From: Pseudomonadota bacterium
GTDB lineage: Bacteria > Verrucomicrobiota > Verrucomicrobiia > Limisphaerales > SXTU01
NCBI GenBank assembly: GCA_009924135.1
Contig: RFSE01000010.1
Coordinates: forward strand, 63 to 64,062
Length of the DNA stretch: 64,000 nucleotides
Direction of reading: 5' to 3'
The notes beneath the pieces are model-generated. The model was not told where the DNA came from, searched no databases, and worked only from the letters and a program-made list of their open reading frames with translations. Shown one piece after another: positions 26,040 through 35,483 of this stretch (the stretch's first letter is position 1; each line of letters begins with the position of its first letter). Position numbers and translations under genes: made by a program.

Positions 26040-27092
26040 ATGAGCGAGTCAGGCTACCACGCCTCTGCCATTCCGCATCCGCAATCGCCTCTGCTCACGG
26101 CGTTGCTGCGGGATGTTTCCCGCTCGTTTTATCTTACGCTACGAGTGCTTCCGGTGGCGGTGCGTCCGCAAATCGGACTCGCCTACCTGCTCGCCCGGGC
26201 CACGGATACCATTGCCGACACCGAGCTGGTCCCGTTGCCCGAACGGCTGATCGCGCTGCAAAGTTTGCGCGAACGAATCGAAGGGACGCGGTTGATCCCG
26301 GTGAATTTCGGGGCGCTGGCCGAACGACAAAGTTCCCCGGCGGAGCGGATGCTGCTGGAACGGGTGGAGGAGGCATTGAACGTCTTCACGCGCCTGACCT
26401 ACTCCGATCAACAGCGCATCCGTGAAGTGCTCTCCACCATCACGAGCGGGCAGGAGCTGGATTTGAAACGCTTTCACGGGGCGTCACAGAACGGCATTGC
26501 CGCACTGCATACGGAGGCGGAACTGGATGACTACACGTACCGCGTGGCCGGGTGCGTCGGCGAATTCTGGACGCGCATCACCCGGGCGCACCTGTTTCCG
26601 GTGGCACCGTTGGACGATGCCAAACTGCTTCACGACGGCGTGCGATTCGGGCAGGGGCTGCAACTCGTCAACATTCTCCGCGACCTGCCGCGTGACCTGC
26701 GGCAGGGCCGCTGTTACCTGCCGCTGGATCGGTTGCGCGCCATCGGCCTGGAGCCGGCCGACCTGCTCAACAAGGTGAACGAGCCGGAGTTCCGGGCGCT
26801 TTACCACTCGTATCTCGACAAGGCGGCAACGCATCTGGCAGCGGGGTGGGAGTACACGAATACCTTGCCGCGTCGCTTTGTCCGGGTGCGGCTGGCCTGC
26901 GCCTGGCCGGTGCTCATTGGCATCCGCACGGTCGAAAAACTGCGCACGGCCAACATCCTTGACCCGCAGATCCGAGTGAAGGTTTCACGGGCCGAGGTGC
27001 GGGGGATTATCTTCCGCACGTTGGTCCGGTATCCCTGGCCGGACGCGTGGCGCCGCCTCTTTCCCGTTCCGGTCCCGCGCAATTCAAGTTGA
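26040..27092 (+). CDS. Squalene/phytoene synthase-family enzyme (squalene-synthase-like)
   Basis: VSRSFYLTLRVLP, first Asp-rich motif ARATDTIADT, YTYRVAGCVGEFW, and second motif VNILRDLPRDLRQGRCYLP. ATG 26040 (MSESGYH). Confidence 0.8.
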   Translation: MSESGYHASAIPHPQSPLLTALLRDVSRSFYLTLRVLPVAVRPQIGLAYLLARATDTIADTELVPLPERLIALQSLRERIEGTRLIPVNFGALAERQSSPAERMLLERVEEALNVFTRLTYSDQQRIREVLSTITSGQELDLKRFHGASQNGIAALHTEAELDDYTYRVAGCVGEFWTRITRAHLFPVAPLDDAKLLHDGVRFGQGLQLVNILRDLPRDLRQGRCYLPLDRLRAIGLEPADLLNKVNEPEFRALYHSYLDKAATHLAAGWEYTNTLPRRFVRVRLACAWPVLIGIRTVEKLRTANILDPQIRVKVSRAEVRGIIFRTLVRYPWPDAWRRLFPVPVPRNSS

Positions 27093-27125
27093 TTCACTCC
27101 CCGCCCTTCGTTAAATCTACCCCCT

Positions 27126-30100
27126 ATGCAGCTTTTCAAATTGATCGTGCTCGCCATTTTGCTGGCCGGCAGCCTTTGTTTCGCGCCCATTTTGACCCGC
27201 GCCGCTGATTCCAAGGCCAAGGCTGGGGATGCTGCCGACAAGGAAGCCCAAGCCGAAGCCGCCGCTCGGGCGAAGGCCGAAGCCGCCGCGAAGGCCGAGC
27301 GGGAACGCAAGGCCAAGGCCGAAGCCGAAGCGACCCAGCGCGCCAAGATCGAGGCCGACCGCAAGGCGCAAGCCCAGGCCAAAGCCCAGCAGGAAGCCGC
27401 TGCGAAAGCCAAGTCCGACGACGAGAAAAAAGCCAAGGCCGAGGCCGAAGCGAAGCGCCTCGCCGACCAGAAGGCCGCGAAGGTCGCTGAAGAGAACAAA
27501 CGCGCCGCTGAACTTGCCGCCCGCAAAGCCGATCCCGCCGGCTGGGCCGCCCGTGCCAAGTCCGATGCCCAGGCGGCTGCCGCCGATGCCGCCCGTGCCG
27601 CCTCTGAAGCGCAGGCCGCGCAGGCCGCGGAGAAGGCTGCGGCTGCCGCCACGCAGGCTGCTCATGCCGCTGAAACCAAGGCCGTAAACGATTTGGACAA
27701 GGCCAAGTCTGCTGCCAGCAGTGCCGCCAGTGCGTTGAAGTCCGCCCAGTCGGCCACGCAGTCCGCCACCGCCGCGAAGGCCCGCACCGAGGCTGACACC
27801 AAGGCGCATGCCGAGGCCGAGGCGAAGAAGCAGCTCCAGGCCGCCGATGCCATTGCGAAGGCCAAAGCCGCTGCCGAGGCGAAAGCCAAAGCCGCCACGG
27901 ACGCCGCTGCCGCCGCCCAAGCCGAAGCCAACCGCCTCGCGCAGGCAGAAGCCAGCGCCAAGACCGAGGCTCAAGCCGCCGACGCCAAAGCCACCCAGGC
28001 CGCCGCTGATGCCAAGACCGGTGGCGCTTCCATCGCTGAACTGGAGACCGCTCTCAACACGGCCAACAAAACCGCTTCCGATGCCGTTCGCGCCAAGGAG
28101 GCCTACGCCGCCGCCGTGAAGAACAAGCCGGAGCGCGAAGCGCAGGCGGCTCTTCAGGCTGCGACGGTTTACGCCGAAGCCGCTTCGCGCAACGCCCGGA
28201 CCGCGCAGGAGAAACTGGATGCCGCCAAGGCCGCCGCGAAGGCCAAGGTGGATGCTTCCAAGGCTGCCCACGCCGCTGCCGAAGCCGCGCACAAGGCGGT
28301 CAGTGAAGCCAGCAGCAAGGCTGCTGCTGCCAAGCACGCTGCTGACTCTGCCGCCAAGGCGGTTGTGGAAGCCCGGGCCGCTGCGGATGCCGAGACCGCG
28401 AAAGCGGCCAAAGCTGCCGAACAACTTAATCAGGCCAAGGCCGCCGGCGCGGCCGCGTTGAAGGCTAAAGCCGACGCGCTCGCTGCTGCGCAAGCCGACG
28501 AGCAGGCCAAATCCCGCGCCGCCGAACAGGCTGCCAGCGCGGTGAAGACTGCGGAAGCTGCCGCGCAGAAGGCCAAGGCGGATCGCACCGCCGCCGAGCA
28601 GGCGGCTGCTGCTGCTGCCGCAGCCGCGAAGAGCAAGGCCGAAATTGCCCAGCTTGCCCGGAGCGAGGCGAACAAGAAAGCCTCGGTCGAAGCCGATGCG
28701 GTTCACGCCGCGCAGGTTGCCGCCGATGCGGCCAAGGCCAAGGCTGCCGCCGAAGCCAAAGCCAAGGCGGAACAGGAAGCCAAGGCCAAGGCCGAAGCGG
28801 AGAAAAAGATGAAGGCCGAGGCGGAAGCGAAAGCCGAAGCGGATCGCAAAGCCAAGCTGGAAGCCGATCGTCGCATGAAAGCGGAAGCCGAGGCGAAGGC
28901 GGAAGCCGACCGCAAGGCTAAGGCCGCTCAGGAAGCGAAGGCCAAGGCCGATGCCGAGGCTGCCAAGCGCGCCAAGGCCATGGAGGAAGCCGCCCAGGCC
29001 AAAGCCGCAGCGGATGCCAAGCTGAAGGCCGAACAGGAAGCCAAGGCCAAGTTGGAAGCAGAAAAGAAGGCCAAGCTCGAAGCCGAGAAGAAGGCGGAAG
29101 CCGAACGTCAGGCCAAGATCGACGCGGAGAAGAAAGCCGCTGCCGAAGCCAAGGCCAAGATGGAGGCCGAGAAACAGGCCAAGGTGGAAGCCGAGAAACA
29201 GGCGAAGCTCGCCGCCGAAAAGCAGGCGGCTGAAATGAAGGCCAAGATCGAGGCCGACCGGAAGGCCAAGCTCGAAGCTGAGAAGCAAGCCAAGCTCGCT
29301 GCCGAGAAGCAGGCTGCCGAGATGAAGGCCAAGCAGGAAGCGGATGCGAAAGCCGCTGCTGAAGCCGCCAAGAAAGCCGCTGCCGAAGCCAAGGCCAAGA
29401 TCGAGGCTGACAAGAAGGCCAAGGCTGAAGCCGAGCGCCAGGCCAAGATGACCAAGCCGCCGGTCACGACTCCTTCCACCAAGCCCGTTCCCGTTGTCCC
29501 GCCGGTCACGGTTAAGCCGGCTGCCGATTCCGAGGCGAAGGCGAAGCTTGAAGCTGAGCGCAAGGCCCGCATTGAAGCCGAGAAAAAGGCTGAAGCGGAC
29601 GCCAAGGCCAAAGCCGAAGCCGAGAAGGCGGCGAAGGCCGAAGCGGCTCGCAAGGCCAAGCTCGAAGCTGAGCAGAAGGCCAAGGCTGAGACCGAGCGCA
29701 AAGCGGCCGAAGCGAAGGCCAAGATGGAGTTGGAGAAGCAGGCGGAAGCCGCCCGGCTCGCCAAGCTCGAAGCCGACAAGAAAGCTGCCGCCGAGGCCAA
29801 GCTGAAGATGGAGGCTGATAAGAAGGCCAAGGCTGAAGCCGATCGCCTGGCCAAGCTCGAAGCCGACAAGAAGGCCAAGGCCGAAGCCGACCAGAAGGCC
29901 GCTGAAGCCAAAGCCAAGGCCGAGCTGGCGAAGAAGGTGGAGGCCGAACGGCTCGCGAAGATTGAAGCTGACAAGAAGGCCGCAGCAGACGCGAAGGCCA
30001 AACTTGAAGCCGAAACCAAGATCAAGCTCGAAGCCCAGCGCAAAGCTGAGTTGGAGGCGAAGGCCAAGATGGAAGCCGATCGCAAGGCGCGTGAAGCGGC

Positions 30101-31049
30101 TGAAGCGCAGGCCAAGGCCGAATTGAAGATCAAACAGGAAGCCGAGAAGAAGGCCGCCCTGGAAATGGAAGCCAAGCGCAAGGCCGCCGAGGCCGAAGCC
30201 GAAGCTCGCGTCAGGGTGGTGGCCGAGCAGGCGCGCCAGGCCAAGGCTGCGGCTGAGATGCGGGCTGAGACAGTGCGCAAGACGCAGATGGAAGCTGCCA
30301 AAAAGGCCGCCGACGAAGAGAAGGCCAGGCAGGAACTACAGCGCAAGGCACAGGCTGAATCCGAGCGGCTTGCGAAGCTGAAGATGGAAGAGGACCGCAA
30401 GGCCCGCGAAGCTCAGGAAATGGCGCTTCGCAAGTCACAGGAAGCTCAAATTGCAGCCGCCCAGGCCGAAGCCAAAGCGAAGCTCGAAGCCGACAAAAAG
30501 GCCAAGATCGAGGCTGAGGCTGCGCTCAAGGCCTCAATGAAGGCCCAAGAAGAGGCCGCCCGCAAGCAGCGCGAAGACGAAGCGAACCGTATCAAGATGG
30601 AAGCCGCTGCGAAGGTCAAAGCCGAGGCGGATGCCAAGCGTCTCCAGGCCGAAGCAGCAGCCAAGGTGAAGGCTGACGCTGAAGCTGCCAAGAAGGCGGA
30701 GGCCAAGGCCAAGGCGGATGCCGAAGCCGCCAAGAAGGCGGAAGCCAAGAAGCAGGCTGAAATTGAAGCCCGTCTCAAACAGATGGAGCTCAAACGTCAG
30801 GAGGACGAGCGCAAAGCTGCTACCAGCAAGCCCACGCCTCCTCCGGCTGCCACCGGCACGCAGACCACCACCAAAGCGCCTCCGGCCGGCACTACGCCGG
30901 TTCCGTCCGTCGTGAAGCCCGAGGTCAAGAAGGGCCCGGTCAAGCCCAAGGAACAGCGCCTCAAGGAACTGCTCCAGTTGTATCTCACCGACAAGATCTC
31001 CCCGCGCCAGTATCATCAGGAGCGCGCCAAGATCCTGGCCGAGCCCTGA
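27126..31049 (+). CDS. Giant (1307 aa) Ala/Lys/Glu-rich coiled-coil envelope protein with N-terminal signal/anchor, two Pro/Thr linkers and a SHOCT-like C-terminus
   Basis: MQLFKLIVLAILLAGSLCFAPILTRA, then more than 1100 aa built almost only from A, K, E, Q, D and R (AEAKAKAEAEKKAKLEAE...). Linkers MTKPPVTTPSTKPVPVVPPVTVKP and SKPTPPPAATGTQTTTKAPPAGTTPVPSVVKP. Ends QRLKELLQLYLTDKISPRQYHQERAKILAEP. Confidence 0.85.
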   Translation: MQLFKLIVLAILLAGSLCFAPILTRAADSKAKAGDAADKEAQAEAAARAKAEAAAKAERERKAKAEAEATQRAKIEADRKAQAQAKAQQEAAAKAKSDDEKKAKAEAEAKRLADQKAAKVAEENKRAAELAARKADPAGWAARAKSDAQAAAADAARAASEAQAAQAAEKAAAAATQAAHAAETKAVNDLDKAKSAASSAASALKSAQSATQSATAAKARTEADTKAHAEAEAKKQLQAADAIAKAKAAAEAKAKAATDAAAAAQAEANRLAQAEASAKTEAQAADAKATQAAADAKTGGASIAELETALNTANKTASDAVRAKEAYAAAVKNKPEREAQAALQAATVYAEAASRNARTAQEKLDAAKAAAKAKVDASKAAHAAAEAAHKAVSEASSKAAAAKHAADSAAKAVVEARAAADAETAKAAKAAEQLNQAKAAGAAALKAKADALAAAQADEQAKSRAAEQAASAVKTAEAAAQKAKADRTAAEQAAAAAAAAAKSKAEIAQLARSEANKKASVEADAVHAAQVAADAAKAKAAAEAKAKAEQEAKAKAEAEKKMKAEAEAKAEADRKAKLEADRRMKAEAEAKAEADRKAKAAQEAKAKADAEAAKRAKAMEEAAQAKAAADAKLKAEQEAKAKLEAEKKAKLEAEKKAEAERQAKIDAEKKAAAEAKAKMEAEKQAKVEAEKQAKLAAEKQAAEMKAKIEADRKAKLEAEKQAKLAAEKQAAEMKAKQEADAKAAAEAAKKAAAEAKAKIEADKKAKAEAERQAKMTKPPVTTPSTKPVPVVPPVTVKPAADSEAKAKLEAERKARIEAEKKAEADAKAKAEAEKAAKAEAARKAKLEAEQKAKAETERKAAEAKAKMELEKQAEAARLAKLEADKKAAAEAKLKMEADKKAKAEADRLAKLEADKKAKAEADQKAAEAKAKAELAKKVEAERLAKIEADKKAAADAKAKLEAETKIKLEAQRKAELEAKAKMEADRKAREAAEAQAKAELKIKQEAEKKAALEMEAKRKAAEAEAEARVRVVAEQARQAKAAAEMRAETVRKTQMEAAKKAADEEKARQELQRKAQAESERLAKLKMEEDRKAREAQEMALRKSQEAQIAAAQAEAKAKLEADKKAKIEAEAALKASMKAQEEAARKQREDEANRIKMEAAAKVKAEADAKRLQAEAAAKVKADAEAAKKAEAKAKADAEAAKKAEAKKQAEIEARLKQMELKRQEDERKAATSKPTPPPAATGTQTTTKAPPAGTTPVPSVVKPEVKKGPVKPKEQRLKELLQLYLTDKISPRQYHQERAKILAEP

Positions 31050-31084
31050 GCTTCGGGTTTAATAAAACCATTCACCCAAATGAA

Positions 31085-31115
31085 AAGACCGTCGGAAACG
31101 GCGGTCTTTTTCTTT
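31085..31115 (+). terminator. Rho-independent terminator of the A/K/E-protein gene
   Basis: AAGACCGTCG-GAAA-CGGCGGTCTT (10-bp stem with one G-U pair and a GNRA loop) followed by TTTTTCTTT. Confidence 0.75.
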
Positions 31116-31189
31116 GGGTGAGGATGTCCCAGCCAGATCGGGTGAGACTGAACTCGAACGCCGAAGTTGGGAGGGCCAGCAATCGTAGC

Positions 31190-31229
31190 GCAGACTTGCA
31201 GTCTGCTGTTTCGCCGGCTTGTAGCCGGC
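31190..31229. repeat. Two adjacent short perfect hairpins in a repeat-rich intergenic region
   Basis: GCAGACT-tgc-AGTCTGC (31190-31206) and GCCGGC-ttgta-GCCGGC (31213-31229). Flanked by GGGTGAGACTGAACTCGAAC (31140-31159), which recurs at 56740 and, inverted, at 56851. Confidence 0.5.
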
Positions 31230-31423
31230 AGGGCGTCCTGCACCGAGCGGCCAGTAAAAGTGCGTGGCGTCAACGGGTTGCAAGCCTGCGCTACCCGCTT
31301 CGGGATGCCGCGCTGCTTCGAAGTTCGGGTTGAACGACGCTCACGGGCTCACGACAATCTCACCTTGCGCGTATCGTTGCACGGTGCCGGCGGCGCGATG
31401 GAGTCTTGGTCTGCCGATGGAGT

Positions 31424-32751
<1,328 letters not shown>

Positions 32752-32857
32752 CAACCGCTTGGTATTTACACGTGGACGCTAGGAAGGCGGACGGGTGAAG
32801 TCAATGTCTGTTTCAGCCGCGGCCAATGAGTTTGCCGGTCTTTAGGTAAGTCGCGCA

Positions 32858-34522
32858 TCAGTCCACCGGCAGGGTGATGTGTACTTCCAGTCCATGGGGA
32901 TCGCGGTTCTTGGCGGTGACGGTGCCGCCGCACCCTTCGATGCACGTCTTGACGATGGCCAACCCGAGGCCTGCACCACCGGTGTCCCGCGCGCGGTCCG
33001 GTTCGAGCCGGTAAAAGGCATCGAAGATCCGGTCGATATGCTGCGGTGGCACGCCGGGACCGAGATCGGAGATCGTAATGACGGCCGCGCTGCCTTGCCG
33101 CCGGGCGGCGATGGTGATGGGGCCGGCACTGCCCGCGTAACGGAGGGCGTTGCGGATCAGATTCGCAATCGCGCGCTGCAACAGCTCCGGATTCGCGTAA
33201 CACACAAGCTCGGCGGGCACCTGTAGGATGACCCCGCCGTCGTCGGCGGCCTCCCGTTTGGTGGCGGCTTCGGCGATCGCCTTTACATTGATCTGCTTGC
33301 GTTTGACGTTGGCGGGCTTGAGCGAGGCCTTCGAGACGGTGAGCAGTTCGTTGACGAGGTCGCTCATGTGCTGGACTTCTTCCCGGACGTCGTCGAGGCA
33401 GGGCTTTTGCTGGTCGGAAGAATGCTGTTCGAGGATGCCGACCGCCATCTGGAGGCGCGCCAGCGGGGAGCAAAGTTCGTGGGCGAGGTCGCCCGTGGAG
33501 CGTTTCTGGCCGTTGACAAAACCTTCAAGCCGGGCGCTCATGCGGTTGATCGACATGCCAAGCTGGCCCAGTTCGTCCGTGCGCGTCTCGTCCACCCGCA
33601 CGTCAAACTGGCCGTCGGCGATCTGCCGGGTGGCCCGCGTCATCTGTCCGATGCTGCGTGTGACACCGGTGATCAGTGGGAACCAGAACAGGCCGGACAA
33701 GCCGACAATGCCGGCGCAACTCAGCAGCCACGGCCGGTAGTCGAAGAAGAATCCGCCGGCGCTGAAGGTCGCGGAGCGGGCCAGCAAGGTTCCGGGGGTG
33801 TGCGGGCCATCGTTCAGGCGCAAGCCGATCATCAATCCAACCCAGTAGGCGCGTGGGTTTTCGGACTGCACGAGAAAGCGATGATGAATCGGTGCTGAAC
33901 CGGGCGGCTCGAATTGCTCTTTGCCTCCCGGACCGGGCCTGCCAGGGGCATTCATGTTCCCAGTCTGAATCTGCTCGCCATCCATGGGCGGGCGGCGATT
34001 GCCGTCCGGTCCACCTTGGGGCGGCGGGCCTTTGCGACCGTCCGGGGGACCGCCGTGCAGGTCGGAGGGGCGCGGAGGCAGGCCGAGGTGGCCAGTGCCC
34101 AGTTCGTTTTGCGGGCCGCGGGCACCGCGCTCACCAAAGCCGCCGGGCGGCGGACCGCGACGGACCTGCCATTCATCGCGCCGGGGCGGGCGGGGAAGCT
34201 GGCTGCGGAGCCTCGTTGGCAACTCCATTTCCTCGCCCGCGATGATGGCCTGATCATTATCGAGGAGCAGGAACATCACGCCATGGGCCTGGCCGTGGCG
34301 GGCGAGGACCTCGCTCCATTCGTTCCGGGGTTTGGTTTCCAGCTCGGCCATGATGGCGCGGGCGGTGGCCTCGACCCGTCCGCCGACATGTCCCGCCAGA
34401 AAGGAGTCGAAGCCGCTGCGGGTCGCGTAGCGCAAACCGACCCAGGCGATGGCGATCAGCACGATCAGATTCAGGGAGAACCAGATCAGGATTTTCGCCG
34501 TAAGTGAGGAGCTTGCTTTCAT
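32858..34522 (-). CDS. Sensor histidine kinase (two TM helices, HAMP, HisKA, HATPase_c) with Pro/Gly/Arg-rich periplasmic region
   Basis: TM1 ILIWFSLNLIVLIAIAWVGL and TM2 WLLSCAGIVGLSGLFWFPLI. H-box AHELCSPLARL, N-box NLIRNALRYA, G-boxes SDLGPGV and GGAGLGLAIV. Periplasmic segment RGPPPGGFGERGARGPQ...GGPPDGRKGPPPQGGPDGNRRPP. Confidence 0.9.
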   Translation of the reverse strand: MKASSSLTAKILIWFSLNLIVLIAIAWVGLRYATRSGFDSFLAGHVGGRVEATARAIMAELETKPRNEWSEVLARHGQAHGVMFLLLDNDQAIIAGEEMELPTRLRSQLPRPPRRDEWQVRRGPPPGGFGERGARGPQNELGTGHLGLPPRPSDLHGGPPDGRKGPPPQGGPDGNRRPPMDGEQIQTGNMNAPGRPGPGGKEQFEPPGSAPIHHRFLVQSENPRAYWVGLMIGLRLNDGPHTPGTLLARSATFSAGGFFFDYRPWLLSCAGIVGLSGLFWFPLITGVTRSIGQMTRATRQIADGQFDVRVDETRTDELGQLGMSINRMSARLEGFVNGQKRSTGDLAHELCSPLARLQMAVGILEQHSSDQQKPCLDDVREEVQHMSDLVNELLTVSKASLKPANVKRKQINVKAIAEAATKREAADDGGVILQVPAELVCYANPELLQRAIANLIRNALRYAGSAGPITIAARRQGSAAVITISDLGPGVPPQHIDRIFDAFYRLEPDRARDTGGAGLGLAIVKTCIEGCGGTVTAKNRDPHGLEVHITLPVD

Positions 34523-35259
34523 GGGGCTTCTGGCCGGATCAGCATGTAACCGGCCGAGCGCACGGTGCGGATGAAGCGCGGTTCCCGGGGATCGTCGCCC
34601 AACTTCTTGCGCAGCCCGGAAATGTGTACATCGATCGAACGGTCGAACACCTCGTAGTTGCGGTTGCGGATTTCATCGAGCAACTGCTCGCGGGATTTTA
34701 CGCGGCCCTGTGCGCGGGTCAGCGAGAGCAGGAGGTCGAATTCGACGGGGGTGAGGATCAACGCCTCTTTCCCCAGCGTGGCGGTGCGGGCGCTGACATT
34801 GATCTGGAGGTCGCCAGCACTGACGATTTCATCGGCTTCGGAGGCGGCTCCGGTTCCAGACTGGGTGGTCCGGCGGGTGACGGCCCGCAGCCGCGCGAGC
34901 AGTTCGCGCGTGGAAAAGGTTTTGGGCAGGTAATCATCCGCGCCGAGTTCGAGGCCGACGATGCGGTCCGCCTCCTCACCGCGCGCCGTCAGCATGAGCA
35001 CCGGCACCGCCGAGCGGGTGCGGATGCGTCTGAGCACCTCAAACCCATCGCAGCCCGGCAGCATGAGGTCCAGCACGACGGCCTGCCAGGATTCGGCGGT
35101 GGCGCGTTCCGCGCCCTCCGGACCGGTGTGCACGGCCTGGACGCTGTAGCCCAGCGGTTCGAGGTAGTCCTTGATCAGCCGGCAGAGCTTGCGGTCGTCA
35201 TCGATGATGAGGATCCGGGTGGCGGGCGTGGCAGTGGGGGGCTTGTCGGGTGCGGCCAT
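34519..35259 (-). CDS. OmpR-family response regulator (receiver + winged helix)
   Basis: RILIIDDD, VVLDLMLPGCDG (phospho-Asp), LTPVEFDLLLSL...IRTVRSAGYML. The stop overlaps the kinase start by 4 bp. Start is ambiguous: in-frame ATGs at 35259, 35280, 35322, 35340 and 35394. Confidence 0.9.
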   Translation of the reverse strand: MAAPDKPPTATPATRILIIDDDRKLCRLIKDYLEPLGYSVQAVHTGPEGAERATAESWQAVVLDLMLPGCDGFEVLRRIRTRSAVPVLMLTARGEEADRIVGLELGADDYLPKTFSTRELLARLRAVTRRTTQSGTGAASEADEIVSAGDLQINVSARTATLGKEALILTPVEFDLLLSLTRAQGRVKSREQLLDEIRNRNYEVFDRSIDVHISGLRKKLGDDPREPRFIRTVRSAGYMLIRPEAP

Positions 35260-35394
35260 AGAAGCGTTGGCCACGGGCATAGCAGAGGCCGGTGAGTTTT
35301 GAAACTCGCGCGTTCCCGGCATGGATGAATTGGTCGGCATGGCTTTATCCGATGGGGGCAGGATTTTCGCTTTGGCTGTGCCGGGCGAGCACAT

Positions 35395-35483
35395 TTACAC
35401 CCGCTTAACAAATCTGACGTTGGTGCTCATAATCCCCTTACAGGGCTACGCCATCTTGGCCCCAGCAAAACAACGCTGCTGCC
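35395..35483. promoter_or_regulatory. Divergent control region between the response-regulator gene and the YHYH operon
   Basis: Only non-coding DNA lies between two divergent transcription units. I could not identify a convincing operator or -35/-10 elements by eye. Confidence 0.3.

Noticed and set aside
26801-30400. Very long minus-strand ORFs (26801-27652, 27117-29288 at 723 aa, 29108-30400 at 430 aa) and several short plus-strand alternative-frame ORFs inside the A/K/E-protein gene.
   Set aside because: They are mirror or alternative frames of a GCN/AAG/GAR-rich repeat. Their products are Ala/Ser/Leu/Gly/Arg low-complexity strings with no start context. Only the plus-strand frame has a signal peptide, linkers and a defined C-terminal domain.
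27126-31049. Possibility that the regular repeats here, or the REP copies, represent a CRISPR array.
   Set aside because: There is no alternation of fixed-length direct repeats with unique spacers. The A/K/E repeats are an uninterrupted reading frame, and the REP copies are palindromes in inverted pairs hundreds to thousands of bp apart.
27126-31049. Annotating the A/K/E protein as TolA.
   Set aside because: There is no tolQ, tolR, tolB or pal context and no TolA C-terminal globular domain. Only the composition is similar.
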